Positions 1-9,002 of a stretch of 64,000 nt of DNA are shown piece by piece; the stretch's first letter is position 1; each line of letters begins with the position of its first letter. The notes below the pieces were generated by a model, which worked only from the letters and a program-made list of their open reading frames with translations, had not been told where the DNA came from and did not search any database. The position numbers were made by a program, and so were the translations under genes. This stretch comes from a virus: the IMG/VR virus record IMGVR_UViG_3300042549_004948, positions 1 to 64,000 of that record; one strand, written 5' to 3'.

Positions 1-46
1 CACCTATTTGACTTCCTGATATTGGGCCTGATAGAGGTAAAGGCAT
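1..46 (-). CDS. 5' fragment of next tail-associated gene (runs off window)
   Basis: ATG at 46-44 overlaps the stop of the upstream gene (TAATG); reads MPLPLSGPISGSQIG, resembling the 'MALPxSGxIS' N-terminus of small phage tail-fibre proteins. Confidence 0.6.
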   Translation of the reverse strand, partial: MPLPLSGPISGSQIG

Positions 47-1950
47 TATAACTTATTTTTTATCGTCTCTCTTAATTCGTTTATTTCTTTTTGCTGCTCT
101 TTTATTGCTTGTATAAGAAGCGGAACAATTTTTTCATACTTGACTGCTTTGTAACCATTGTCTCTTGTTGTTACAACTTCAGGAAGTACTAATTCTATTT
201 CTTGAGCTATAACTCCAACATCAATGCCGGTATGATTGTGTATAGATGCTAAATCTTTATCATCGTTCCAGGTAAAAGTATATCCTCCTATCTGATTAAT
301 CTTATCAATTGCATTTACGATAGGTTTTATATTCTCTTTAAGTCTGATATCTGAAGTTGCAAAAGCAGTAATATCTCCAGTAGCGTCTATAGAACCTGTT
401 ACTACGAGATTACCTATCGAGGTTATAGATCCTGTGACTCCTAGGCTTCCTGTTATTAGAGCTGATCCTGTGTAGGGGAAAGAAGAAGCATATGCTACAT
501 ATGATGCGGTTAATGCTTGGGTAGCATATGATGCCGTTCCTGTTAAAGCTCCTACTAATGATCCTGTAAATGAACCTGTAGCTCTTAAAGTTGTTCCATC
601 AAATGTTAATGTTGATACGCCACCAAAAGCACCAGCATTATTGTATTGTATTTGTGTATTTGAACCACCAGGAGTTCCACCTCCTCCTACTAGGTTTGTA
701 CTAGCACCAGCTCCGCCTCCAGTAATGTCTATAAAATATCCACGAGCATCTCCACCTTGTTCAAAGAATCTTAATCTATTTTGATAAACATCAATAGTAA
801 CACCACTACCAGTTAATGTTGTATTAGTTTGTGGTTTTCCTAATAAAATTTCACCACCTTCATCACCTACCGAGTTAATTGATTTTAAATTTTGTTGAGC
901 TATTACATCTATTGTGGAATATAAATATGAAGATGCACTTATACCTCCATTAATTAAAACATTTTGGTTAAGTGTATTAATAAACGATGCTGTTGAAGCA
1001 AATGAAGATGATACTGCTTGAAGAATATAGGATGCTGTTTGTGCTGTTTTAACAAACGAAGCTGTAAAGGCAAATGATGAACTTACAGCATTTAAAATAT
1101 ATGATGATGTTAATGCATTGTTAGCCCACGATGATGTACCAAACAATGAACCAGTAAAAGATCCACTAAACGATCCTGTATTACTTAAAAATTGATCTAC
1201 TCTATTAACTGTTGCTATTACTGAAGGAATACCTGGTACTACTCCAAATCCAGGTTCTGCGTGTAAGCGTACATTAGCATCGGATGAATACCACATTAAT
1301 TGATAGTAATCGTTTGCAGCTGAATTAACAAAGAAATTCCATGCTGCTACATAATGATCTCCGTTACCAGTTAATTGTATTGATGTTGCAGTATCTTGTA
1401 AATTTGTTCCGTTTTTTCTTAACCAAATCCATATCTCATCTGTTCCTGAGTCTGTTTTATCTACTTGAGCAGAAAATTGTATATCATATACACCTGCATT
1501 TTCCGTCTTGATATAAGTATTAAAAGGATTTGTTGATCCTGATATTGATACTCCATTTGTAATATCTGTCGTATTGAAAGACATTGAGCGAGCAGTACCT
1601 GCTACATTAGTTTGAGTTGTAGTATCGTAAAAACTACCGTAAGATCCTGTTGCTGTATTAAAAGTTGAACCTCCTCCACCTGTTGCTGATATAGTAACCT
1701 GACCTTGGCCGTTTGTAGGAGCTATAGTAACATTAGCTCCTGCTAATATTTGTGTTACGCCACCGTTTATTGCATGTGATGCTGTTAAAGCATATGAAGC
1801 CGTTACGGCATTACTAGCCCAGCTAGAGGTGCCAAATAGAGATCCTGTAAATGATCCTGTAAAGCTACTACCAGTGATACTGGTTAGTACAAATAATGAG
1901 TTTAGAGAAGCATCGGAACCCGATACTATTACTTTTTTCCAGTTAGGCAT
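46..1950 (-). CDS. Tail fibre protein with C-terminal intramolecular chaperone (peptidase S74-like) domain
   Basis: Gly/Ser/Thr-rich body; C-terminal SDIRLKENI...GVIAQEIELVLPEVV...YEKIVPLLIQAIKE autocleaving chaperone signature. Confidence 0.85.
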   Translation of the reverse strand: MPNWKKVIVSGSDASLNSLFVLTSITGSSFTGSFTGSLFGTSSWASNAVTASYALTASHAINGGVTQILAGANVTIAPTNGQGQVTISATGGGGSTFNTATGSYGSFYDTTTQTNVAGTARSMSFNTTDITNGVSISGSTNPFNTYIKTENAGVYDIQFSAQVDKTDSGTDEIWIWLRKNGTNLQDTATSIQLTGNGDHYVAAWNFFVNSAANDYYQLMWYSSDANVRLHAEPGFGVVPGIPSVIATVNRVDQFLSNTGSFSGSFTGSLFGTSSWANNALTSSYILNAVSSSFAFTASFVKTAQTASYILQAVSSSFASTASFINTLNQNVLINGGISASSYLYSTIDVIAQQNLKSINSVGDEGGEILLGKPQTNTTLTGSGVTIDVYQNRLRFFEQGGDARGYFIDITGGGAGASTNLVGGGGTPGGSNTQIQYNNAGAFGGVSTLTFDGTTLRATGSFTGSLVGALTGTASYATQALTASYVAYASSFPYTGSALITGSLGVTGSITSIGNLVVTGSIDATGDITAFATSDIRLKENIKPIVNAIDKINQIGGYTFTWNDDKDLASIHNHTGIDVGVIAQEIELVLPEVVTTRDNGYKAVKYEKIVPLLIQAIKEQQKEINELRETIKNKL

Positions 1951-1958
1951 ATTATAAT

Positions 1959-2043
1959 GAGATCAACTTTTTTCTGTGGTTAGATACAAACACTTATGCC
2001 GTGTATGAGCCTACTTCCCTATTCGGGCCAACAGAGTTATCTC
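1959..2043 (-). promoter_or_regulatory. Candidate structured 5'-leader RNA (three-way junction) of tail fibre gene
   Basis: Sense strand: GAGAT/ATCTC, AACT/AGTT and CTGT-GG/CC-ACAG closing stems enclose CCC-GAATA-GGG and CATACAC-GGCATAA-GTGTTTG hairpins; lies between late motif (2048-2055) and ATG (1950). Confidence 0.6.
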
Positions 2044-2047
2044 TTTT

Positions 2048-2055
2048 ATAAATAT
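2048..2055 (-). promoter_or_regulatory. Putative late promoter ATATTTAT (representative; 15 intergenic copies)
   Basis: Sense-strand ATATTTAT at 2048, 3802, 5090, 8927, 11878, 13737, 15670, 20240, 27220, 30068 (minus) and 34484, 37518, 45956, 63172, 63500 (plus). Confidence 0.7.
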
Positions 2056-2066
2056 ACGACTAACGA

Positions 2067-2282
2067 CTACTTTTTCTCTTTAGTCTTTAAAGCTTGTAGC
2101 TCTGCTTGTTTCTTAGATTCTTCTTGTGCTTTGACCTCTTGGATCTGTGCATACTCGCTTTCTAATTTGATTTGAAGACTCGCTAAAAACTTTGCATCTT
2201 TACCTGAAATTTGTACTAGATCTAAAGCTTGGCGCATGAAAGCGATTTCTGTAGACGTAACATCGATTGAAAAAATATCCAT
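2067..2282 (-). CDS. Small helical protein, possible tail-fibre assembly factor
   Basis: 71 aa ORF in fibre cluster; resembles neighbour (ISGKDAKFL..LQIKL vs LKGKEVEMF..LVIKL). Confidence 0.6.
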   Translation of the reverse strand: MDIFSIDVTSTEIAFMRQALDLVQISGKDAKFLASLQIKLESEYAQIQEVKAQEESKKQAELQALKTKEKK

Positions 2283-2287
2283 AACAA

Positions 2288-2491
2288 TTATTGTTTACTT
2301 ATATACTGTTGCTGAAGTTTAATTACAAGTTTATAGAACATTTCAACTTCTTTACCTTTTAAGTCAGCATTACCTAATACTCTTAAAAGATACTCTAATT
2401 CAGGTTTATCTAGTTCGCTAGATGGTTGTTGATTGTTTGTAATATCTTGTTTTTTTTCATTACCATTAATGTGGTTAGAAATAAAAGCCAT
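2288..2491 (-). CDS. Small helical protein, paralog of downstream ORF
   Basis: Likely start MAFISNH at 2491; the longer ORF call overlaps the upstream gene. Confidence 0.6.
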   Translation of the reverse strand: MAFISNHINGNEKKQDITNNQQPSSELDKPELEYLLRVLGNADLKGKEVEMFYKLVIKLQQQYISKQ

Positions 2492-2514
2492 AGACTTTAT
2501 TTTTGCTTTATTTA

Positions 2515-3756
2515 TTATGCGTAGATAAATATATCTCCAGCGTTGGTTACCCATATGTTACCAGATCCGTTTGTTGTACTTCCCCAAGTTGGTGCGGCTG
2601 ATGGGTCTGAAGCTTGATTAATTTTTGCACTTACCATGTACTCGTCTGCAGTTGCTGAACTTGCACTTGCATTAAGTTCGGATGCTACAGCCCAACGACC
2701 ATAAGTACCTGCAGAAGCTACTTCAAGATAGAAAGCTGATCCTGATAAGCCGCCGTTTGCTACAATGATACCACCGTCTACTAGCGTATTAGATCCAGAA
2801 GCAAGAAGAATAAATTGATCAGCAACTAATAGATTCTGAGTATTTTGGAAGCTAGCAGTACCAGCTACTGTTAAATCACCTGATACTACTAAGTTATTGT
2901 TAAATGTAGAGTTTCCTGTTACATTAATACCGCCGGCTGCTATACTTACTCCTGATACAGCGCTTGCTCCGATTTGAACTTGAGTTCCAGTATCTGATAT
3001 ATTTGATCCAACTAAAGCATTGCTGCCTAATTTAGGAAGTTGATTTGTAGTTAAGCTAGATGTAGTAACCATTACAGCATCAGCAGTAACTGTGATAAGA
3101 GCTCCGGCTCCTACTGCTGCAGTGATTGCAGAAGATCCGTCAAAAGCAGCTCCAGTTAATCCATCACCAAAAGTCAATGCATTATTTACTTTTGCTGCAG
3201 TAGATGCAAATGAAGCACTAGTAGCAAATGAAGCGCTAGTAGCATTTTCAACAAACGATGCCGTTGATGCAAATGAAGCACTTACAGCTTGAGATGCGGT
3301 TCCTTGTAAACTACCAGTAAAATTAGTAGATGTAATAGATGTAATTCCTGTTATAGTAGTAGCTAAAGTTAAACTATCAGTACTTTCTACTGCTAGGTTA
3401 GTTCCAGCTAGATCAGTTAATAGATTGTCATAAGTTATAAACTTATTAGTGCCATCGTTAATAAAAAACTGGTCTGATGAGGCTAAGTCTGTTTTTGCTA
3501 CGACAGGAAAATTTGCTGTAACACCAGTTAATCCACTACCATTACCAAAGAAAGAACCTGAAAAAGATCCAGATATAGATACTCCGGAAGCTCCAGTAGT
3601 AGCTAGAATATTACCAGTACCATTAATCGCTTGAGTAGTAAGATTACCTGCAACGCCTCCTCCAATTACTACTTGTCCAGAGGTAAGATTATCTACTTTT
3701 AATGCGGCAAGTTCTGCGCTACTGCCAGAAACTACGACTTTTTTCCAAGTTGCCAT
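2515..3756 (-). CDS. Tail fibre / fibre-associated structural protein
   Basis: N-terminus MATWKKVVVSGS shared with the 46-1950 protein (MPNWKKVIVSGS); ASFASTAS repeats; LVVSGDLTVAGT fibre motif. Confidence 0.7.
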   Translation of the reverse strand: MATWKKVVVSGSSAELAALKVDNLTSGQVVIGGGVAGNLTTQAINGTGNILATTGASGVSISGSFSGSFFGNGSGLTGVTANFPVVAKTDLASSDQFFINDGTNKFITYDNLLTDLAGTNLAVESTDSLTLATTITGITSITSTNFTGSLQGTASQAVSASFASTASFVENATSASFATSASFASTAAKVNNALTFGDGLTGAAFDGSSAITAAVGAGALITVTADAVMVTTSSLTTNQLPKLGSNALVGSNISDTGTQVQIGASAVSGVSIAAGGINVTGNSTFNNNLVVSGDLTVAGTASFQNTQNLLVADQFILLASGSNTLVDGGIIVANGGLSGSAFYLEVASAGTYGRWAVASELNASASSATADEYMVSAKINQASDPSAAPTWGSTTNGSGNIWVTNAGDIFIYA

Positions 3757-3824
3757 TGTTAATTTTTATTTATGTTGATGCTTTTAGAGGCGTGGATGTT
3801 TATAAATATCAAAATTTTTTACAA

Positions 3825-5036
3825 TTAATCAAGTGCTATGTATATATTATTTGTGGTAATCCAAATTGACCCAGCATCTATAGTTCCGGTTGGATCTAGA
3901 GATTGCGTGGCGATTTGAACTATACTTTGACTAACTGTCAATACAGGTTGCTGGGTAATGATGTTCTTTATTATAAACAGATTACTATTTATAGTCGTAT
4001 CTCCTGAGCTTGATATGTTTAGAAAAGTTACACTTCCTGATTTGATTAAGAAAGTCTCATTAGGATCAACTCCAACACTAGCAGTGATAGAACCTGTTGT
4101 AATTTGATACGGCGTATGCCCTATTAAAAATGATGCTGTTAAAGCGTTTTGAGCCCAACTTGCGGTTCCAAATAATGATGATGTAATACTCCCAAGAACA
4201 TTCATACTACCTGTTAACTGCATTGAGCCAGTAGTTATTAATGAACCAGTTAGTAATAAAGTGTCAATGTTTGCCGTAAATAAATCTCCTTGGCTTCCTG
4301 ATATACTAACAGAACCTGTTACTCCTAGTGAACCTGTTATTTGAGCAGAGCCAGTAAAAGGGAATGGCGATATGTATCCTTCTAAATAAGATGCTGTTAC
4401 TGCATTTTGTGCCCAAGATGCAGTTCCAAATAATGATCCTGTTATTGATCCAAATACTTTTACAGATCCTGATATTTGTACTTCATTTCCTGCGGCGTAT
4501 ATAAGATTACTTCTATTACTATCATCAGTTCCATTACCTACAATAAAAGCTGCAGGTACGGAAGATGTAGCGTTAAATTGGCCTTGTACGTGTTGATGGT
4601 CGGCTAATGCTATTGTTTGATAACCTTCGGCATGTGAATATGAACCTGATGCTATTGTATCTTGCCCTTCAGCGTGTGAGCGGCCTCCGTATGCTATTGT
4701 TCCTAATCCTTCTGCATGTGAAAAAAGTCCTATTGCCTGTGTACTATCTCCTTCGGCATGTGAGTTTTCTCCTATTGCTGTGCTTCCTAATCCTTGAATA
4801 AGAGAGCCTGTTATAGTTTGATTACCATTAAATTGATTAGAACCGGTTGTTGCAAATGAGCCTGTACCTATAGTAGAACCAATTGTTACTACCTCTTCAC
4901 CACTAGATCCAGACTTCTTCATGAAGGCAAGACCATCATAGGTATTTAAAGCTATTTCACCATATTCTAGTGAAGACGTTTCAGGTACCTTACCTGGCAC
5001 CGCTGAACGGCGCAGTTTAAGAAATTGGTTAGACAT
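3825..5036 (-). CDS. Tail fibre protein with YadA-head-like SHAEG repeats
   Basis: N-terminal LKLRRSAVPGKVP...GEIALNTYDG anchor motif typical of long tail fibres; four 14-aa TxAxGxxSHAEG repeats. Confidence 0.75.
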   Translation of the reverse strand: MSNQFLKLRRSAVPGKVPETSSLEYGEIALNTYDGLAFMKKSGSSGEEVVTIGSTIGTGSFATTGSNQFNGNQTITGSLIQGLGSTAIGENSHAEGDSTQAIGLFSHAEGLGTIAYGGRSHAEGQDTIASGSYSHAEGYQTIALADHQHVQGQFNATSSVPAAFIVGNGTDDSNRSNLIYAAGNEVQISGSVKVFGSITGSLFGTASWAQNAVTASYLEGYISPFPFTGSAQITGSLGVTGSVSISGSQGDLFTANIDTLLLTGSLITTGSMQLTGSMNVLGSITSSLFGTASWAQNALTASFLIGHTPYQITTGSITASVGVDPNETFLIKSGSVTFLNISSSGDTTINSNLFIIKNIITQQPVLTVSQSIVQIATQSLDPTGTIDAGSIWITTNNIYIALD

Positions 5037-5053
5037 GTGTCTGGACTCGTTTT

Positions 5054-5088
5054 AGTATATACTGGTTTCTTGAACTATATAGCTCAAG
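5054..5088. promoter_or_regulatory. Two adjacent palindromes with TATATA cores in fibre-gene leader
   Basis: AGTATATACT (5054-5063) and CTTGAACTATATAGCTCAAG (5069-5088), just downstream of late motif at 5090-5097. Confidence 0.4.
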
Positions 5089-5096
5089 TATAAATA

Positions 5097-5315
5097 TTAG
5101 TAATCTCCTAAATCCATAGTAAAGAAGCTTCCAGAATCCCCAAATGTATCAAGATTTTGAATTGTGATAGACCCAGTGTATGTATTATTAGAAACTACAT
5201 TAATAGTTCCTGATACTGCAAAATCAATAGGTCGGCTACCAGACAAGGTTAATATTGCGCTTGCTGTATCATATTGCAAATTAGAATATATTTGTTTAAA
5301 CTTTAATCTTGCCAT
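5097..5315 (-). CDS. Small hypothetical structural protein
   Basis: Likely start MARLKFKQ at 5315, two nt after the upstream stop. Confidence 0.6.
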   Translation of the reverse strand: MARLKFKQIYSNLQYDTASAILTLSGSRPIDFAVSGTINVVSNNTYTGSITIQNLDTFGDSGSFFTMDLGDY

Positions 5316-5316
5316 A

Positions 5317-6576
5317 TTATCCAAATTTACCTGACGCTAATATTACGTCTGTTTGATCAAAAGAATATCCTAAAGCGGTAGTATCAACAACTAAGCTTGA
5401 TACAGATCCGTTTGTTGTAAAACTAACTATACTAGAAGGTTCTACATACATACCATTAACAAAGAACATAAAGTTAACTACGCTAGTTGCAGGAAGCGGA
5501 CTAGGAGCTGTTAACCAACCTGAATTAAATATAGCCGTAGTTGGAGACGCATACGTTCCTTGAACAGTTGTGTTTGTATCAAGATATATAGCTAAATCGG
5601 AATTAAAATTGGCGTTAGTTATATTTATTACGTTATTCACAGAATCATTTAATAGTACTGATTTAACATTAGTATTTCTACCTTTATTAATTCTAGCTCC
5701 AAATTCCTCAGTTCCGGTAGAAGTTTCTAGTCCAAATACAATTTGAGATATTCCAAAATACCTTTCTACACTAGCTATTTTTTTATTAATACTATCCGGA
5801 ATTAAGTATCCGTTTAGAGTAAGATTAAAGTTTGTTCTAACCGCTCTATTGTCACCTAGATTGTACGTAATGCTATCTTGAAATGTTTCTATTGAGCTAT
5901 AGAACTGAAAGCGGTTTGGATCACCCCAATAGCTTCTGGATGCGAAGTTTAGGCTTTCTATAAGCTTATCCATCTGTTCTACAAAATAAGTCCAAAGTAT
6001 GCACTCGTACTCGACAGTTACATAGTCAGGAGTTACAGACACTACATATTTTTTTTCTGGCACTCTATTATTTAGAGCTTGGAAATTACTATAAAAGTTT
6101 CTCTTATTAAAATTAGATTCAAATACTTGTAGATTTTGAGCTGAGTTACCATCTAGTTTATTTCCTAAATTACGGTTCTGGGTTATTGTTGTTCTTTTAA
6201 ACATCAATAGTGGCGCCATTAATTTACCATTCTCATCACGATAATAGCCATCTAGTTGTATGCTTTTCCAGTTTTCTGGAGTTCCATAAATTACAGGAAC
6301 ATTTAATCTAGCATTATTCTGAACTACTGATAGTTTAAGTACTTTGTCAAAATAGTGCATTACAGCTTCGTCGATATCTTTTATACCTATATAAAAGTCT
6401 TTATCAGTATCTCCTTTTAAACTTACTTCAAGAGCTCTGTTATTTTCTGGCTGTCCTAGCTTAGCAGGTTCAGAAAATGGTTTAGCTACGGTTCCTTCTT
6501 TAGGATCATAAGCCGGACCTATGAGCTTACTCATGAACTCTTTTCTATTCTGTGGTCTAACTACTTGTATTGCCAT
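5317..6576 (-). CDS. Tail completion / sheath terminator (T4 gp15-like) with C-terminal extension
   Basis: VPVIYGTPENW, PDYVTVEYECILWT...QMDKLIE, FNLTLNGYL motifs; follows neck genes. Confidence 0.65.
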   Translation of the reverse strand: MAIQVVRPQNRKEFMSKLIGPAYDPKEGTVAKPFSEPAKLGQPENNRALEVSLKGDTDKDFYIGIKDIDEAVMHYFDKVLKLSVVQNNARLNVPVIYGTPENWKSIQLDGYYRDENGKLMAPLLMFKRTTITQNRNLGNKLDGNSAQNLQVFESNFNKRNFYSNFQALNNRVPEKKYVVSVTPDYVTVEYECILWTYFVEQMDKLIESLNFASRSYWGDPNRFQFYSSIETFQDSITYNLGDNRAVRTNFNLTLNGYLIPDSINKKIASVERYFGISQIVFGLETSTGTEEFGARINKGRNTNVKSVLLNDSVNNVINITNANFNSDLAIYLDTNTTVQGTYASPTTAIFNSGWLTAPSPLPATSVVNFMFFVNGMYVEPSSIVSFTTNGSVSSLVVDTTALGYSFDQTDVILASGKFG

Positions 6577-7067
6577 TATAATCTTTCTTGAGTTATACCA
6601 AGCTTATCAGGGCTTGCGTAGTGCGCATTTAAAATAATAGAATATGTTTCACCAAAACCTTGTAATGCATCTGAGTATATATAGTTAGGATCTTTTCCTA
6701 GGATGTATTGGTTTTCATTTACATTATCTATTTCATAATAGCCCTGATTATACATGATAACGTCACCTACTTCAGGAACTACTTCAGCTTCCATTAAATG
6801 ATCTTTAAAGAATCTAAATTTAGTATCGCGACGAGTATCAGGACCGTAGTCCGTACTCTCTCTTTCAAATTCCCCTCTTTCAATTAGGCACGGTATTAAA
6901 ACAGGTCCTATAAAATATTTATTCATTGCCTCACCATACATATTTACAGGCGTATCAGATAGCATAATTTTATAGTAGCCTATTTCTTGAGAAATAATAT
7001 CCTCAACAAGTTCTTTAGTAAATAATTTAAAAGTGCCTATGTCTCTAAACGATCCAAATAGTGCCAT
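6576..7067 (-). CDS. Head-closure / neck protein (T4 gp14-like)
   Basis: NMYGEA, PEVGDVIMY...YYEIDNV motifs; position between gp13- and gp15-like genes. Confidence 0.65.
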   Translation of the reverse strand: MALFGSFRDIGTFKLFTKELVEDIISQEIGYYKIMLSDTPVNMYGEAMNKYFIGPVLIPCLIERGEFERESTDYGPDTRRDTKFRFFKDHLMEAEVVPEVGDVIMYNQGYYEIDNVNENQYILGKDPNYIYSDALQGFGETYSIILNAHYASPDKLGITQERL

Positions 7068-7068
7068 A

Positions 7069-8244
7069 TTATCCTATGTATATAAACATCGGTACATCAT
7101 TTAATGTACTAGATATTGATTGATTTTCTGATTGTTTACGTTCTAACTGAGACCTTCGACTCATGTCTTCAAAATCCCCTCTAAGTCTTTCTCTAAGAGC
7201 AGTAAGTTGATCTCTACCTTTAGTAAGTAAGTCAGCGCCATTTAAAGTAACTTCAGAACCAGGTGCTGGGATTTGTGTGTATTTGCCTCTAATAAGACCT
7301 AAAAGTTCTGATGCTAGAGCTAATGTATACTCATAGATCCATTGGCGTCCTGGTTGGTTGATACCATTGTATGTTATATTAGCATAAGGTACTTTTGATG
7401 GGTTGCTAATTAAACCAGCGTTTGTACCATACGGACTATTTCCTGTTATGCTTGATACCTCACTTCTTTTAGCATAATCTATCCAAACAACAAGGCCTTC
7501 ACTATCAGGAAAAGGAAATATAGTTAGCGTATTATTTGTTATTTGAAAAGAATACATTGAACGTCTAACAATATTTGACATTTCTATCTCTTGTATTCTG
7601 GCTACATCCCAATAAATAGGAAATAAAACAAAATTTAGACCTGGTGAATAAGATGCCCAACCAAAGTTTTCTGTTGCTCCTTGATAGTTAATACTGCCTC
7701 CAATATATGGATCATAGTATTGATTAATTGCAGGCTGGGCTTCATAATAAATTCTATTAATAATAACTCCATCAGAAGATGAAATTAAATTATTATCGAT
7801 TGCCCATTTTTGTAAATCGTAATTTTGAACACTTGAGGTTAAATATAGTTCTGCTTTATATTGATTAACATAGCCTCCTACTTGAATAGGTGTTCCGTAG
7901 TTTTCAGCTATAGTGATTATAGAGTTTAAACTAGGAACTACAACTATATCATTTAAAGCAGAACCGGTTGCGCCGCCTTCTAAAGATAGATAATTATCTT
8001 TTATCTTAGATTGATAAAGCTCTTCTGAGTAAACAGACACGGCTTCTTCAAAACAAGTATAAAAATTAACATCTTGAAGTTCAACGTCCATAATAGGATA
8101 GCCTAACTTTTGAGCGCAGTAGTTAGCTACTTTAGGGCCATCTAATTGAAAGAGCGAATCATTATCATAGAATCCAAAAGGAGTTGATCCTGATATGGGA
8201 CCAGGAGATCCATCATAAATTACTGTGGTTGATACTACTGCCAT
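7069..8244 (-). CDS. Neck / head-tail adaptor (T4 gp13-like)
   Basis: KLGYPIMDVEL, WIYEYTLALASELLGLIRGKY, VTLNGADL, C-terminal PMFIYIG. Confidence 0.8.
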   Translation of the reverse strand: MAVVSTTVIYDGSPGPISGSTPFGFYDNDSLFQLDGPKVANYCAQKLGYPIMDVELQDVNFYTCFEEAVSVYSEELYQSKIKDNYLSLEGGATGSALNDIVVVPSLNSIITIAENYGTPIQVGGYVNQYKAELYLTSSVQNYDLQKWAIDNNLISSSDGVIINRIYYEAQPAINQYYDPYIGGSINYQGATENFGWASYSPGLNFVLFPIYWDVARIQEIEMSNIVRRSMYSFQITNNTLTIFPFPDSEGLVVWIDYAKRSEVSSITGNSPYGTNAGLISNPSKVPYANITYNGINQPGRQWIYEYTLALASELLGLIRGKYTQIPAPGSEVTLNGADLLTKGRDQLTALRERLRGDFEDMSRRSQLERKQSENQSISSTLNDVPMFIYIG

Positions 8245-8909
8245 TAATCGTGAGCTTTATATATTTCTAAAATGTGTTCTACTATTGGATCACGATGATT
8301 TGTTTTCAAAGTGACTACTGCAAAACCTGGTACCTCTTTAAAATTAGTACTTATGAAATTAAAACCGCTTATTTTTTTATCTTTTAGATCTATCTGAGCG
8401 GTATCTCCACAAATAATCATTCTACTACCATGACAAATACGACCTAAAACTAATTCCATTTGTCTGTGTGTAATATTCTGCCCTTCATCCACTACTACAC
8501 AACAGTTAGTTAAGTTTCTCCCTCTCATGAAAGCTAAAGGTATTACCTCTATATTGCCTTCTAAAATTTCTTTATCTATCTTTTCTTTACTATACAACCT
8601 ATACATATTGTCGTATATAGCTGCAGTGTAAGGAGCAAGTTTTTCATCTTTAGTTCCTGGTAGAAAACCAATGTCTTCACCAGAAGTTACAGCCGGCCTT
8701 GTTAAAATAATTTTTTCTACTTCTTTACGAAATAAAAGATCTAAAGCAACTTGAGCAGCTATCAAAGACTTTCCAGAACCTGCTTGTCCTTTTAAAACCG
8801 TTATTTTATTATTTAATATAACTGATTTGGCTTCTTTTTGTTCTTCATTTAGTTGAACATGAAACTTAATCTCATTCTTGGGTCTACGCTTAACACTTTT
8901 ATCAACCAT
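8244..8909 (-). CDS. phoH: PhoH-like ATPase
   Basis: GQAGSGKS Walker A, IILTRPAV, GFLPG, PLAFMRGR, DEGQN, GDTAQID. Confidence 0.95.
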   Translation of the reverse strand: MVDKSVKRRPKNEIKFHVQLNEEQKEAKSVILNNKITVLKGQAGSGKSLIAAQVALDLLFRKEVEKIILTRPAVTSGEDIGFLPGTKDEKLAPYTAAIYDNMYRLYSKEKIDKEILEGNIEVIPLAFMRGRNLTNCCVVVDEGQNITHRQMELVLGRICHGSRMIICGDTAQIDLKDKKISGFNFISTNFKEVPGFAVVTLKTNHRDPIVEHILEIYKAHD

Positions 8910-8947
8910 AATTCTACACCTTTCAAATAAATATTGAATAACTATAA

Positions 8948-8978
8948 ATAAAAAGGCCCAACCGAAGTTGAGCCCTTT
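8948..8978 (-). terminator. Intrinsic terminator after major capsid gene
   Basis: Sense GGCTCAAC-TTCG-GTTGGGCC followed by TTTTT; UUCG tetraloop as in T4 terminators. Confidence 0.85.
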
Positions 8979-9002
8979 TAATATAGATAGTGTAGATTAT
9001 AA

